Notes under the pieces: generated by a model
What the model saw: the letters and a program-made list of their open reading frames with translations, nothing else
What the model was told of the DNA's origin: nothing
Database searches by the model: none
Part shown: positions 37,171-51,915 of the stretch, in pieces
How the letters are laid out: every line of letters starts with the position of its first letter
How positions within the stretch are numbered: the stretch's first letter is position 1
Source: Haliotis rubra
Taxonomy: Eukaryota
Assembly (NCBI RefSeq): GCF_003918875.1
Contig: NW_025765293.1
Location: 62,001 to 126,000 of the forward strand
Reading direction: 5' to 3'
DNA length: 64,000 nucleotides
Position numbers and translations under genes: made by a program

Positions 37171-38861
37171 GCAGGTGACAATGCAGGTTAGTGTGCCTGT
37201 GTGTGCGTGCGTGCGGGCATGCGTGCCGAAAGAAAACCACATCAGCTGGAAGTAATTAGAAATATTTTATGTAGCTGCACCTTAAGTCATATTTCCCTAC
37301 CCCTTTTCGTTACAGCTCCTTATAAACACACGAACACAAATAGTGAACCTAATATCCATCATGGCTAGCTACTGTCTTGAATACATTCAAGGATTCGAAC
37401 ATTAATCTGCCATCCTAGTTTTTAAATAAGTCTACAAAACTAGACGTCCATGTGACCAAGAATCCTTACAGTACAGTTCTGGTTCTTACGAAGTAATGAT
37501 TTAATGTATTGTACTGTATATTAAGACGTAATAACAACATTATCCAGGTATCTGGTAATTTCCCTCAGAACGCAATATATTTGTTTCGACGCAATTGTTT
37601 AAGGTTCCTGTGAACTAGACCACATATGCTTCACATAAATCCCTACTCTGGGAATAACCTTGATATGACACAAGAAAAAAACACCACACAACCCAAAATG
37701 TCCACTGCCATGTTGAACAATGAATCAAACCTGGAACATCAGGACAAGGGGCACGCCGCATATCTAACTCATCTGTTCAAAGTATGAACGCCTGTTCAGC
37801 CAGATACTGTTGAAAATAAGTCAGTGTTCAGTTAGGTGAAATTCGAATAGATCGATATTGAGAAAAAACGAGAATTTGTGGTCAGTCCAGTCCGCATGAT
37901 AAACGGTGTTAAGAATGCTGTCTGACGACATACATAATGCGTGCAGCTTTTAATACTGTGTGAAGTCAAATTAAGTTCATAGTGTTCTCACTGCTACTGC
38001 AATCACAAAAAGTTATGCATGTGTCAATTGAATGTGGAGGCGAACAAGGAGATGGTCTATAATGGTAGGTACATGTATATAATGTCAGAAACAGAAACGA
38101 CACCCAGACATACACTTTGATTCAATTCTTTCAAACCACAATTTGTTTATAAAAATATTACTTTTTACTTATACAAATGTCCATACAGTGTATCTGTATT
38201 GTACATTGACAATTTCAAAGCTTACTGGTGATATTGCTATATCTAAAATTAGGCATAACTTAGATAACATATCACTGGAAACACCTTACCCGCAGATAGA
38301 TACAAGACTCGCGAGGAAAGACCAGCGCCTTGAGCATGCACTAGTATCATGGATAAGTGCGCTATATAAATATCCTATAATCATATTAAATAATGGCAGA
38401 AGACCCATGTAGCAACCATGTTTTCAGGGACATATTACGCAATGCGTCAGCCTTCATGTGCGCTCATCGTTGGCTCGTAGTGAACTCAACATGTAAGCTG
38501 TGTGGGCATATGTAAGGTAGTGTCGCTTAACAGTAAACCCAGTTTAAGCGCTGTATCAACAAATGAGCTTGTTTACATGTTGTTTTATTTAAGGAACCGG
38601 GGGTAAGAGGATGTGTACAGACTGTGAGTGATTCCGTACAATTACCCTCTATTTACAACATATAGCTCATACCGGATCCATACACAGAGGGAATTGCCCA
38701 AGCCATATGACGATCTGCCCTCACTGTTCACAAGGACTGTAGCTTCACCAGTTAACGAAAATAAATAAAAAAGAATAACTCAACTGGGTCCTACCTGATC
38801 TATGTCTGTCGTGCGCTTGTAGGTCCTCTCAGTTAAAGTCGTCCTCGGGTAGACTGCTTTC

Positions 38862-39470
38862 TCCAGAATAGTGACAGACGGTGCTTGTCAGTCAGGCCCT
38901 CTGGTCCTCTGTGTCCAGCCAGAATAATGACAGACAGTGTTTGTCAATCAGCCCCTCTGGTCCTCTGTGTCCAGCCAGAATAATGACAGACAGTGTTTGT
39001 CAATCAGCCCCTCTGGTCCTCTGTGTCAAGCCAGAATAATGACAGACGGTGTTTGTCAATCAGCCCTCTGGTCCTCTGTGTCCAGCCAGAATAATGACAG
39101 ACGGTGTTTGTCAATCAGCCCCACTGGTCCTCTGTGTCCAGCCAGAATAATGACAGACGGTGTTTGTCAATCAGCCCCACTGTTCCTCTGTGTCCAGCCA
39201 GAATAATGACAGACGGTGTTTGTCAATCAGCCCCTCCGGTCCTCTGTGTCCAGCCAGAATAATGACAGACGGTGTTTGTCAATCAGCCCCACTGTTCCTC
39301 TGTGTCCAGCCAGAATAATGACTCGGTGTTTGTCAATCAGCCCCTCCCCTCTGTGTCCAGCCAGAATAATGACAGACGGTGTTTGTCAATCAGCCCCACT
39401 GTTCCTCTGTGTCCAGCCAGAATAATGACAGACGGTGTTTGTCAATCAGCCCCTCCGGTCCTCTGTGCCC
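38862..39470. repeat. 56-bp minisatellite, about 11 copies
   Basis: Unit ccagaataatgacagacggtgtttgtcaatcagccccactggtcctctgtgtccag. Confidence 0.95.
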
Positions 39471-41574
39471 AGAATGAAATGTGCTATATGAAAGAGGCGA
39501 CTAGAATTCACAGTACACAAACAGCCAAAGTACACGTCTCGTGATCACTAACGTAACACCCCATTCCTGGGCAATCGATGGTCTACGTGCAGCCCGACAG
39601 CACGTTCAGGTTAGAATTGTTTACGACAGCAAAGGTAGGTCAGCCGTATCAATATGACATGCAGTTGGATAGTATGTCAAGTCTAGTGATTGTTTTGTGC
39701 AGTCGTCATGACTCGCTGGCTTTGACAGGCAATGTGTTCTTAACAACCGATATGACCCTGTGATCTATAGTCTAATGTTTAGCTTCTTCACTGGTAATTA
39801 TCACTGTACTATAGCCAGCATGCATTGACTAACAAGACATGTCCACACACTGAAATTACTGACTGAGGCATGGTGGTTGAGAGAAGAGTAAAAGGATTGG
39901 GTTTAATGCTGTTTTGAAAACTTATTCATGATCATTTATATCACAGCATGTCAAATAGTGAGGTATGAAAGACTGAAATGGTTCGTCCTATAACTTTAAT
40001 GACAATCCGATAGCCTGACTAACATAACCAGCACAATGAAACACACGGTAAGTTTGTCCAAACAGAGTTGAGTCAGACTGTTTTCCTCAGGACGGACTAG
40101 CTGAATACATCCTTAATGCAATAAATGCATTGTCCGAACAATATCTCTTACTTGTTATTTGTATACTCATCAAGGAAAAACGTTGTCGAAGGAACTAACA
40201 TTTTGATATCTGTACATTTGATGTCCTTAGTAGACTGGGAGTGGGGTGGGGTAGGGTGGGGGTTGTGTGGGGTGTGGTTAGGGATGAAGGGTAGGTAGGG
40301 GGGTCAGCACGTGCTACATAACTGTAGACGGGATGACAGCAAACATGGAGTCTTCTCGGGTTAACATCATGTGTAAGTCTGACTCGCTCATGACACAAAT
40401 CTTGCTGTGGGAATTGCCCGTGACACCGCTGATAATCACATGTTCACAACTACGGGTACATGTTTTTCATGTTTTGGGCCATATCCAGCTAATATAATAT
40501 ATATTAAATTTTGGGAACGTTAAGCAAGCTGGAACTCCCGATTTCATCTAATATTGCCTCATGTTATGCTAATTTCCCAACACACAGGAACTTTTGAAAT
40601 AAGACGTTTCCACCTTTTCAATACATTATGCTATTTAAGACCCAATATTTCCGATGCATGCAGCAAAATAGGTGCAATTTTAACTTGTTTGAGTGGCATT
40701 TTAGAAGTTGAGAGGTACAATATAGAACAAGTTTTATGGATAACAACTTCTTTATTTCGTGAGTGCGACGTTTCGATAGAGATTCTTGTACCGTTGTCAA
40801 GCAAGAGTGATACATGAAGTGTAGGAGCTGCATATATATACTGTATATAACAATAAAACAACATAATAGACAAAGGAAACAACATAATTGCCATGATTGG
40901 CTAAGCAGTAAGCTGATGAAACCAGTGAGTACACAAAGTGAATGGAAGCCAGAGATGTAGTTACAATGAGATGTCAAATAAAGAGTGACGTTACATTGTA
41001 AACTCCGAAACGTGACTAATAACTAAAAGGTAAGTGATGGTGTCATTTTTTTATTTAGAAATGAAATGTTTGTTACATCGTTACTTCCTATTTCAGATGA
41101 CTCTCAGGTTTTTAGTGTTTGGTGATTGTATGCATCCTCTTTCACTCCCCAGGTGGGATACGAGTCCCATGATATTTGAAAAGTAGCATGAAAACTTCAC
41201 AAGTAATATTGTACGAATATCCTGGTAACGAACATTTCAGTAACAAATTTCATATTCTGGCAAATCAAGCAGTAAGTTACCATTAAAACACACAAGTTTT
41301 GACTATTGTTTTTCTTTTCCATGTGGCATACTTTCTAAAGTATGCTCTAAATGTACCTTCTACGCATGGAATATATTCTATAGTATGACCAGAAATTATT
41401 GAGAATGTTAGGAATATGTTTAATTGGATTTCTAGTATAAACAACCTTGACCAGCTATCAAGTGCTTGGTTTCATTCAAGAGAGACAACTCCGTTAATGC
41501 TTTAACATTAGTTTGTGAAGAGTTATCCCCTTTGTTTACTTGCTAGCAGACGACATTTATAGGTGATCCTCAGT

Positions 41575-42322
41575 ATGGATGATTTAGAGAAGAGGAAGTT
41601 GATTTTAGAGTATTATAACAAGGACATCAGATCAGCTAAAGTGATTTCAAGTAGAACAGGCATCCCGTTGTCCACTGTTTATCGTATTTTGAAAAATATT
41701 GCAAATGGATATGGCATTGAGCACCAGGGAGGCGCAGGTAGGCCCAGAAAAGTGACTGTCGTTGACAGGAGGCGGCTTGGTATTCTTGTTTCTTAAAACA
41801 AACGAAGGAGTTTAGAAAACTTAAGGCTGGATATGATTGATAGCTGCATGCAATGGGTTGGCAGAAAAGTCGAGGAATTCCATCACCGATCATGAAACCT
41901 GAACAAAAGGAGCGAAGTTTGAACTGGTGCTTACAGCATAGAAATTTTAACTGGGACAATGTGATTTTCTCAGATGAAAGTTCTGTGTGGCTGTTTCCTA
42001 ATACACTGAAATTCTGCACCAAACAAACTGAAAAACCTTTGTATCAGCGCCCAAAGTACAGTCCGAAACTTAACGTGTGGGGTGGCATATCTGTGTTAGG
42101 GGCAACGCCCCTCTGTGTATTTGAAAGGAATATGAACAGTGAGCAGTACACAGATATTTTCGAGGGACTTTTACTTCCATCTGCTCATGTGTTCTATGGA
42201 AATCTTGGATTTTCCAGCAGGAGAACGACCCAAAACATCGTTCAAAGCATTCACAGGCCTGGTTTCGGACCCAAAATATGACATTATTAGATCGGCAAAA
42301 CTATAGCCCTGACCTAAATCCT
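41575..42322 (+). mobile_element. Tc1/mariner transposase pseudogene, 3'-truncated
   Basis: MDDLEKRKLILEYY...IPLSTVYRILK...GAGRPRK (HTH plus GRPR), NVIFSDES, LNVWGGIS, MNSEQY, FQQENDPKH, YSPDLNP, then breaks. Frameshifts lie between the pieces. Confidence 0.9.
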
Positions 42323-43699
42323 AAATGTCTGTGCCTGAGTGTTGAATATTTAGTAAAAGGTTCTCTAATGCTTGTACTTCATGAAAAGTAATGCAATTTA
42401 CCGAACATGAAATATTTTTTTCCCACGAGTTTCCACTGGCAATTGTACATTTTAACTGAGAATGGCTGTATAGAACAAACTTTATGGATATTGGGTTTGA
42501 CAAACACAACAAGGCATACAACCGCTGACGCATGAGAACAATCAAATAGCAACATAAACACCGGCTAAGAAAAAACCCCATACACTTTGCCTTTATGTAT
42601 ATCAAGTAGCGTAAATGGGTATAGTTAGACGGCATTGTGCAATCTCGATTGGCAGTGTGCCAAGGCATATTTCAATAGCGATTATACTACCGTGATAGGA
42701 CGCTATTGTCCTATCAAAACCTACAGTCAAGACATGCTCTTGTCGTGTATTGTTAATATGAGCCAAATCTTACACTGCTCATCAAAGTGTTTGTGTTTAA
42801 AAAACTTCCTTGTTGAATGTTTCTGAATTACACTTCCCTGTTTCACCTTCTTTTGTATATGTTCCTTGGATAAAGTTTGTCTATTATCCTTGTTAACCAT
42901 TGATTTGTTCTGGTTATGTAAATAAATAGTAGTTTTCTTATTTATTACAGCGATAAAGAATCATTTCCTCAAATTCATACTTGGTTGACACATGTCATCG
43001 GTTCCCAGTTGTGCAGATCGATGCTCATGCTGTTGATCACTGGATTGTCTGGTCCAGATTCGATTATTTACAGACCGCCGCCATATAGCTGGAATATTGC
43101 TGAGTGCGGCGTAAAACTAAACTCACTCACTCACTCACTCACTCAAATTCATATACACTAAGGATGAAGGATAACCTAGTTCAAACCATATATCAACACT
43201 GATGCCATTATACCGCGCCCTGCTGATCTATTCTCCATTTCGTTCGCAACGCGTGGAAAAAAACAAATGAAACGATTATAACACAGATATATACATTTCA
43301 GGTCAAGTTCCTACACCCCGTCCTCAATCGACCCAGCACAAAACTGCACCTATTACATACGCACTGTTACTTGATACACACAGCATAACGAACATAGAAT
43401 ACATCACATTCATACGTATACTTGATACACTCTTCACCAGGACACAGAATTGTTATGTCGATACAAAAACTCGTTACGTTTGCCACACCCATAGTGGATA
43501 TCACTTGTCGCATGCATACTTCAACCAGACAGTAGTGTAGGCCCACATCAGCCAGCAAATTGGCTATATCTTATGCTCATCCATACTTGTTTTAGACAGT
43601 ACACGTGACCTATCACAGACAGGGATTAGCCTGAAACATCAGACACATGATCGATCACATGCAGGAACTACCACATGCTCACTCATACCAGCAACTCAC

Positions 43700-46600
43700 A
43701 ATGTAGCCAACTAACCACATGCTAGTACATCCACGCTATCATCTGACGTACTCCACATCTGACCCCCATCAGACCAATCACAAGCTAGTACATCCACGCT
43801 ATCATCTGACGTACCCCACACCCCCATCAGACCAATCACAAGCTAGTACATCCACGCTATCGTCTGACGTACTCTACACCAGCCCCTCATCAGACCAATC
43901 ACATGCTTGTACATCCACGCTATCATATGACGCACGCCAACCAGCCCCCATCAGACCAATCACATGCTAGTACATACACGCTATCATCTGACGTACTCCA
44001 CACCAGCCCCCTCATCAGACCAAATCACCAATCACATACTAGTACATACACGCTATCATCTGACGTACTCCACACCAGCCCCCCTCATCAGACCAATCAC
44101 ATGCTAGTACATACACGCTATCATCTGACGTACTCCACACCAGCCGCCCTCATCAGACCAATCACATGCTAGTACATCCACGCTATCATCTGACGTACTC
44201 CACACCAGCCCCCTCATCAGACCAATCACATGCTAGTACATACACGCTATCATCTGACGCACTCCACGCTCATCAGCCCCAATCACATGCTAGTACATCC
44301 ACGCTATCATCTGACGTACCAATCCACAGCCCCCTCATCAGACCAATCACAAACTAGTACATACACTCAGTCATCTGACGTACTCCACCAGCCCCTCATA
44401 AGACCAATCACAAGCTAGTACATCCACGCTATCATCTGACGTACTCCACACCAGCCCCTCATCAGACCAATCACATGCTAGTACATCCACGCTATCATCT
44501 GACGTAATCCACACCAGCCCCCTCATCAGACCAATCACAAGCTAGTACATACACGCTATCATCTGACGTACTCCACACCAGCCTCCCTCATCAGACCAAT
44601 CACATGCTAGTACATACACGCTATCATCTGACGTACTCCACACCAGCCCCTCATCAGACCAATCACATGCTAGTACATACACGCTATCATCTGACGTACT
44701 CCACACCAGCCCCTCATCAGACCAATCACATGCTAGTACATCCACGCTATCATCTGACGTACTCCACACCAGCCCCTCATCAGACCAATCACATGCTAGT
44801 ACATACACGCTATCATCTGACGTACTCCACACCAGCCCCTCATCAGACCAATCACATGCTAGTACATCCACGCTATCATCTGACGTACTCCACACCAGCC
44901 CCCTTCATCAGACCAATCACATGCTAGTACATACACGCTATCATCTGACGTACTTTACACCAGCCCCCCTCATCAGACCAATCACATGCTAGTACATCCA
45001 CGCTATCATCTGACGTACTCCACACCAGCCCCCTTCATCAGACCAATCACATGCTAGTAAATACACGCTATCATCTGACGTACTTTACACCAGCCCTCAT
45101 CAGACCAATCACATGCTAGTACATACATCATCTGACGTACTCCACACCAGCCCCTCATCAGACCAATCACATGCTAGTACATACACGCTATCATCTGACG
45201 TACTTTACACCAGCCCCCTCATCAGACCAATCACATGCTAGTACATCCACGCTATCATCTGACGTACTCCACACCAGCCCCCCTCATCAGACCAATCACA
45301 TGCTAGTAAATACACGCTATCATCTGACGTACTCCACACCAGCCCCCTCATCAGACCAATCACATGCTAGTACATACACACGCTATCATCTGACGTACTC
45401 CACACCAGCCCCCTCATCAGACCAATCACATGCTAGTACATACACGCTATCATCTGACGTACTCCACACCAGCCCCCCTCATAAGACCAATCACATGCTA
45501 GTAAATACACGCTATCATCTGACGTACTCCACACCAACGCCCCTCATCAGACCAATCACAAGCTAGTACATCCACGCTATCATCTGACGTACTCCACACC
45601 GGCCCCCTTCATCAGACCTATCACATGCTAGTAAATACACGCTATCATCTGACGTACTTTACACCAGCCCCCCTCATCAGACCAATCACATGCTAGTACA
45701 TCCGCGCTATCATCTGTGCTCTACACCAGCCCCTTCATCAGACCAATCACATGCTAGTAAATACACGCTATCATCTGACGTACTTTACACCAGCCCCCCT
45801 CATCAGACCAATCACATGCTAGTACATCCACGCTATCATCTGACGTACTCCACACCGGCCCCCTTCATCAGACCAATCACATGCTAGTAAATACACGCTA
45901 TCATCTGACGTACTTTACCAGCCCTCCCATCAGACCAATCACATGCTGGTACATACACGCTATCATCTGACGTACTCCACACCAGCCCCCTCAGACCAAT
46001 CACCTAGTACATACACGCTATCATCTGACGTACTCCACACCAGCCTCCCCCATCAGACCAATCACATGCTAGTACATACACGCTATCATCTGACGTACTC
46101 CACACATCAGACCAATCACATGCTAGTACATACACGCTCATCAATCACATGCTAGACATACACGCTTTCATCTGACACTCCACACCAGCCCCCATCAGAC
46201 CAATCATGCTAGTACCACGCTATCGTCTGACGTACACACCAGCCCCCTCATCGCCAATCACATGCTAGTACATACACGCTTTCATCTGACGTACCTACAC
46301 CAGCCCCCTTCATCAGACCAATCACATGCTAGTACATACACGCTATCATCTGACGTACTTTACACCAGCCCCTCATCAGACCAATCACATGCTAGTACAT
46401 ACACGCTATCATCACACCAGCCCCTCATAAGACCAATCACACACATACACGCTATCATCTGACGTACTAGCCCCCTCATCAGACCAATCACATGCTAGTA
46501 CATACACGCTATCATCTGACGTACTCCACACCAGCCCCCCTCATCAGACCAATCACATGCTAGTAAATACACGCTATCATCTGACGTACTCCACACCAGC

Positions 46601-46750
46601 CCCCTCATCAGACCAATCACATGCTAGTAAATACACTCTATCATCTGACGTACTCCACACCAGCCCCCCTCATCAGACCAATCACATGCTAGTACATCCA
46701 CGCTATCATCTGACGTACTCGACACCAGCTCCCCTCATCAGACCAATCCT
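43700..46750. repeat. Roughly 63-bp minisatellite, about 48 copies, degenerating toward the right end
   Basis: Unit catcagaccaatcacatgctagtacatacacgctatcatctgacgtactccacaccagcccct with a variable C-run. Confidence 0.97.
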
Positions 46751-47005
46751 CAGAAACCTTACCTGATACCATGATTTTACACAGAGATGCCTCGGTCTCC
46801 CCTTCCCTAGCCTTGCTCCAAGGCTGTACTGAATGCTAAACCCATGGATATATACTTTTGTTTATAATGCTATCCTTCGAAGAAGCAAGTCAAGATAAGC
46901 GATATTAATATTATTTAAACTATAAATTTTATACCTTAGAGACATGTGCAAGTCTATTCCTTCCCATTCTTTCTTTCTCTCTCGCTCTCTCTCTCTCAAT
47001 GTATC

Positions 47006-47208
47006 NNNNNNNNNNNNNNNNNNNNNNNNNNNNNNNNNNNNNNNNNNNNNNNNNNNNNNNNNNNNNNNNNNNNNNNNNNNNNNNNNNNNNNNNNNNNNNN
47101 NNNNNNNNNNNNNNNNNNNNNNNNNNNNNNNNNNNNNNNNNNNNNNNNNNNNNNNNNNNNNNNNNNNNNNNNNNNNNNNNNNNNNNNNNNNNNNNNNNNN
47201 NNNNNNNN
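47006..47208. other. Assembly gap (203 N)
   Basis: Run of n characters, shortly after a (ct)n tract. Confidence 1.
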
Positions 47209-49689
47209 ATACTTACCTCATATGACCAAACTGTACAGCAGACACCACACTTGATTCTACATATACATGCCTCGGTTGACCAACCCCTCACAAGGAAGCA
47301 CAAATGATCCAAGCCTTAGTATCGACTTTCCGGATCACAAACACGACTTTGTGCAAGCATACCCTGAACTGTTCAACACAATTCTGGTTGACAGTTTAGT
47401 GGCGCAATCCTGTGTTTCACTAATTTCATTGACACAATTATCATTCTAAAACACATATCTCCCACGAGACGAGATAACACCATGGCCATGTTAGAAACCA
47501 ATACACGCACACACGCACACAAGCACATGTTATTCATACATCAAGACAGCAGGTTCCATCAATGAGAGATCCCGTCTCATACCTGAACTGCGAAATCGTT
47601 TCAACATTCACATGCGATCCCAATTAAATGCAATATTTTGTATCATAAGGTGAATATTCCCTGTCTCAATGTGTTCAATATCGATGTTGTGTTCATGCTG
47701 TAAACGTCCTTGTTCAGTGCTTCTCATATCCCTTTCCTTCTCTGTTGTATATTCCTTGTTAAATGGGCCGTGCTTGTTTTTATATCGTTGTTCACATCCG
47801 ATGAGCTCTGGTTTTAAGTAATTAGCTTATTCAAGCGCTAATGAAACGTTTTTTCCAAATCCATATACCGGATGAGTGAGTGGGAGAGTATGGTTTTACG
47901 TCGCTTTTATCAATATTTCCAGCAATACCACACCAGAAATCGGTTTCACACACTGAACCATGTAGGGAATCGAACCCGGGTCTTCGTCATGACGAGCTAA
48001 CGCTTTAACCAAACCCATACACACTGGATGCTGCCGCTAAGGAAGGATGACTTCTATACATATACCAACTTTGATAGCAGTATAGTCCACATGTTTACCT
48101 ATTATTTATGCTTTAAAATAATATTTCTTATGAGTATATTAAGGTTTTGTTTGTTACATTTATATGTAGGTTTTAATTTCCCGAAGCTATTTTTCAAAAC
48201 GGTATCGTGTGGATATTATTTCACTGCTTTTGACAATATTCCAGAAATACAAGAACGGACAACATCTGTGTGATTATGAATTAAAGCAAAATACGTAGGA
48301 ATCACAGAGATGTTACTCTACAAGTTTCATGGTCTTTTATGAAAGACACAGAACGAAGAGCCGTAATAGCCTCTTATCACTGGTAGCGGTCTGAAAGTCT
48401 AGTGGTTAAAGCATTCACTCGTCATGCCGAAGACCTGGGTTCGACTCCCCACATGGGTACAATGTCTGAAGCTCATTTCTGGTGTTCCCCGGCGTGATAT
48501 TGCTTCAATATTGCCTAAAGCGGCGTGAAATTCAACTCACTCACTCTTATCACTGTGTCGTATGAGAGCGTTGCTTGATTCGGGAGCAGGGTGCAGTTAT
48601 AGAACAAACACGCTGGGATACAGTAGATCGTCAGCACTAACAAGACGGGTTTTTCTGATACGAAACTGACAATGACCAACATGAACTGAATTGCTGGTAT
48701 CTTAGGACAATTGTACTTATTAACATGGAATGTACTAGAGTGAGTAAGTGAGTTAAGTTTTACGACGTTTTTAGCAATATTCCAGCAATATCACGGTGGG
48801 GGACACCGGAAATGGGCTTCGCACATTGTACCCATGTAGGGAAATGAAACAAGGTCTTTGGCGTGACAAGCGGACGCTTTAACCACTAGGATAACCCACC
48901 GACCGAAATGTACTGAAGGGAATAACCATTAACGCAGTGTTTTGACACGAACCTTCCCAGTTCAAGTATGAAACCGAAAGGCGCCGGACAAGAATGTGCA
49001 AATCATGATGAAACCGCTCCTGCACGTTTGATGAAATGTTTATGCCTGTTTAAGTCTTCAACTACTGCTCGACGTTGGGGGCACAAGCTCTACAGTAAAC
49101 CACGTTTATAACGAACTACTATTTTGGTCCCGGCCACTAAATTTGATATTCCATCAATTCTGAAAAGTCCTGTCAAAAATAAAACTTGGATTAGACACAC
49201 TGGTGGCGGTCAGCTTAAAAATGGTTCCTGCCTTTTAGACAGGATAACAAACAGTGAGGTGACATATTACTCAAGAACCCTGAAGATCCGGGATAGAATT
49301 GGTCTTCACCAAACCTGTGTTCGTCGTAATGGGATTGAGTGGTCAGACTGGCCGACTTGGTTGACACATGTCATCGCATTCCTATTTCGGACATCGATGC
49401 TCTTGCAAACGACCACTGGATTGTCTGGTCCGGACTCGATTATTTACAAACGGTTGCTGGAATATTGCCGATTGCAGCATTAAACAGAAAACAAACAAAC
49501 AAACAAACAAACATGTTACTAAGACTGGATCCTTGTACGTCGATGTCTAACAGATGTTCCATAATGAACATTCTAATATGAATACTTTTGGTGGTTAAGG
49601 TAGCCAAACGCCACAAATCGCCTCCATGATGTGACAATAAGTTCGGAGGCTGTAGGTTAAGCATACATGGTAATGGGTAGATTATGAAC

Positions 49690-51612
49690 ATACACTTCAG
49701 CACCATCGACTTGTCCACGACGCCTGGTGTCAGCAGGTGAACATCCTTCATCATTCCTGCAACATCAACATTGTTATAACTATGATAGTACAACATTGTT
49801 ATATCTTGTAGTGAATGTCACTAATAAGGCTCGTCACGATATGACTGAAATATTGCCGACGTGACTGTAAATCTTAACTCACTCACTCAATAATAAGGCC
49901 AACAGACAAGCCACTACTTTTGTGTTAGAACTTAGAATCAGTTATCTAAACGATGAAAATAAAGGAGTGAAAGGGACTTGAGTTTACCGATCAGGAAATC
50001 GATGGTTTCTGAGGCTTTCTTCTCGATGTTTTCTTTCTCTTCGACGCCATAATCGTAAATTATTATATGTAAGTATGTATGTCGGGACATATGGAGAGGT
50101 GATAGGTAGGTGACTGGTAGGCAAAAAGAATATAAAATAATAATGTTGAGAATAAAACTGACAAAGGGCACACGATGTACCGAATAGAACTTATTGTCTA
50201 CTGCCATAGCGATGTTCCTTGATACCCATACAATGGTCTCACAACGTTATAGGGCATATGGCGTGTAGCTATAATGCTTTATTAAATAAATTGTTATCCA
50301 CTGTGCCCACTTTGTCGTCAACGAACACCTCTAAAATATCTGATACTACCATGCACTTCTGTTTGATAAAGTGAATGTTTATAAGTCATGTCAGGCTGTT
50401 AATTCTAGTTTTTAGCTTGCAAGTATTTCGATTTTGTTTTTGTCTCAGTCAATGTTCCTCTTCAGTTTTGCGATGTGCTGAAAACTTTGGACAGATAATT
50501 ATGGCCATGTACTTCTGGAAACGGATTTAAATGTTTTAGATCGTTGTCTTACATTGTAATTGGTTTTAGTACATTTAATACTTTGTAGTCATACCTATTC
50601 TCTCATACGCTCTTCTTTAGGGTTATGGTACATTATATTATTTTATTTACCAAGCACAGGTTCTTAAGTTTGGTTTCTATGTCAGCCACGGTGTCATCTT
50701 CAGTTTGTGCTTCCTTGTATAAAACAACGCAATGATGTAAGTAAAAGCGTCAAAATCCGTTATACATCAACAAGAAATCTCGATTGTAAAATTCCCAATA
50801 TGTTATGAGCAAGTGTTTATAAATTGTGTGTATGCTAGGTATTTAATGTGTAACGTGTTTCATTTGGGATTACACTTTCTGAGTAAAGTTCAAATTTTGT
50901 TAGGTTGAGTCCATCCGTGATTTTTAAACCAAAACTCTCAGAGTCAGGCACCTAATCACATAAAGTCTGCAATCTAACCCACTCAGCCATCGCCGTTTCC
51001 ATAAAAATGGAAGTCTGACAACTACCTTGTGTACCCCCGGACAAATGTAAATTGACATGGTTTCCAAGGCCGAAGGCTATGAATACACAATGCCATTTTG
51101 AAAGTAGTCCAATGAAAGATTTGGGATGTCACTTCTTAGTTTTCTAGATTCAACCCCAAACAGTTCTAGAATCATCTGCAATTCACTGAGAAATTGTAAT
51201 TCCAAAATATAACACTATGGAAATATAATTGTAATCCAATATAAAACACTAGGGAAAGGTGTGTAGTAACAAGAATATTGTGTCTGTAAACACTATCATG
51301 GAACGGTGTTCCAGTTCCACATGGGCACGAAACGAATAAATACCTTTTGCATGTTCTTCTTTATCAATTTCTTTGGTCAAGATGGCACAAAATCACAAAA
51401 TCACGATGTATTTCAGCTTTGACAGGTCGTTGGTGTTAAAGACAGCTGCAGGTATGTCGAGTGGGTGAGTCTCCTTCGTCAGACCTTTCAATATCCGCCA
51501 GGAGCTCCTTCTTTCGCTGATCAAGTTGTGCTCGCAGTGATTTGAAAGTATGGCCAATATTTTTTTCCCACATATTGTGCTTTGTGTCTGTTATTTCGGT
51601 CCCTTGTCTGCT
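49690..51612 (-). pseudogene. TRIM gene C: truncated duplicate of gene A (partial coiled-coil exon plus small exons; no RING/Bbox or SPRY exon adjacent)
   Basis: Collinear with about 12950-15535 including introns: RQGTEITDTKHNMWEKNIGHTFKSLRAQLDQRKKELLADI; GVEEKENIEKKASETIDFLIG; GMMKDVHLLTPGVVDKSMVLK. It has an internal deletion of roughly 180 bp in the big exon and altered splice sites. Confidence 0.85.
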
Positions 51613-51619
51613 ATTTGAA

Positions 51620-51790
51620 CAATCTCTGGCCACATCAACAAGAACCAAAACCATGCCATAATGTGTGAAGCCACCAAAGTCCTAGCTACCAGCAACAACA
51701 ACTGGCGTCAAAGGAAACTGTAAGAGGCCATATACATCAGGAGACCCCGACCGTGACCAGGGAACAAATCTACCTAGAGCTTGGGACTTA
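51620..51790 (+). mobile_element. Penelope-like element remnant (GIY-YIG endonuclease C-terminus)
   Basis: HAIMCEATKVLATSNNNWRQRKL*EAIYIRR...RDQGTNLPRAWD resembles the H.IDW..TKIL..E.NW..RK..EAI.I......NRD.G..LP..W motif of Penelope endonucleases. Confidence 0.65.
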
Positions 51791-51915
51791 TTATTGATGG
51801 CTTCGATTTGTTTCCATATTTTTCCTTTCCCTTGTTAAATACCCCCATTGTTACCTCATCACACATGTCTGGGCCGAAAGAATGTCTGTTGTGTGGAGTG
51901 TCTCTTCTGGGATAT

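Noticed and set aside
38688-40419. Two identical gggaattgccc NF-kB-like sites around a candidate 5' exon donor near 38793
   Set aside because: They match the kB consensus imperfectly and the transcription start of gene B cannot be located from sequence alone.
43719-46766. Many ORFs with MLVHTRYHLTYSTPAPHQTNH repeats
   Set aside because: This is satellite translation; the variable C-runs shift the frame constantly.
46929-47312. ORFs spanning X residues
   Set aside because: They are artefacts of the N gap.
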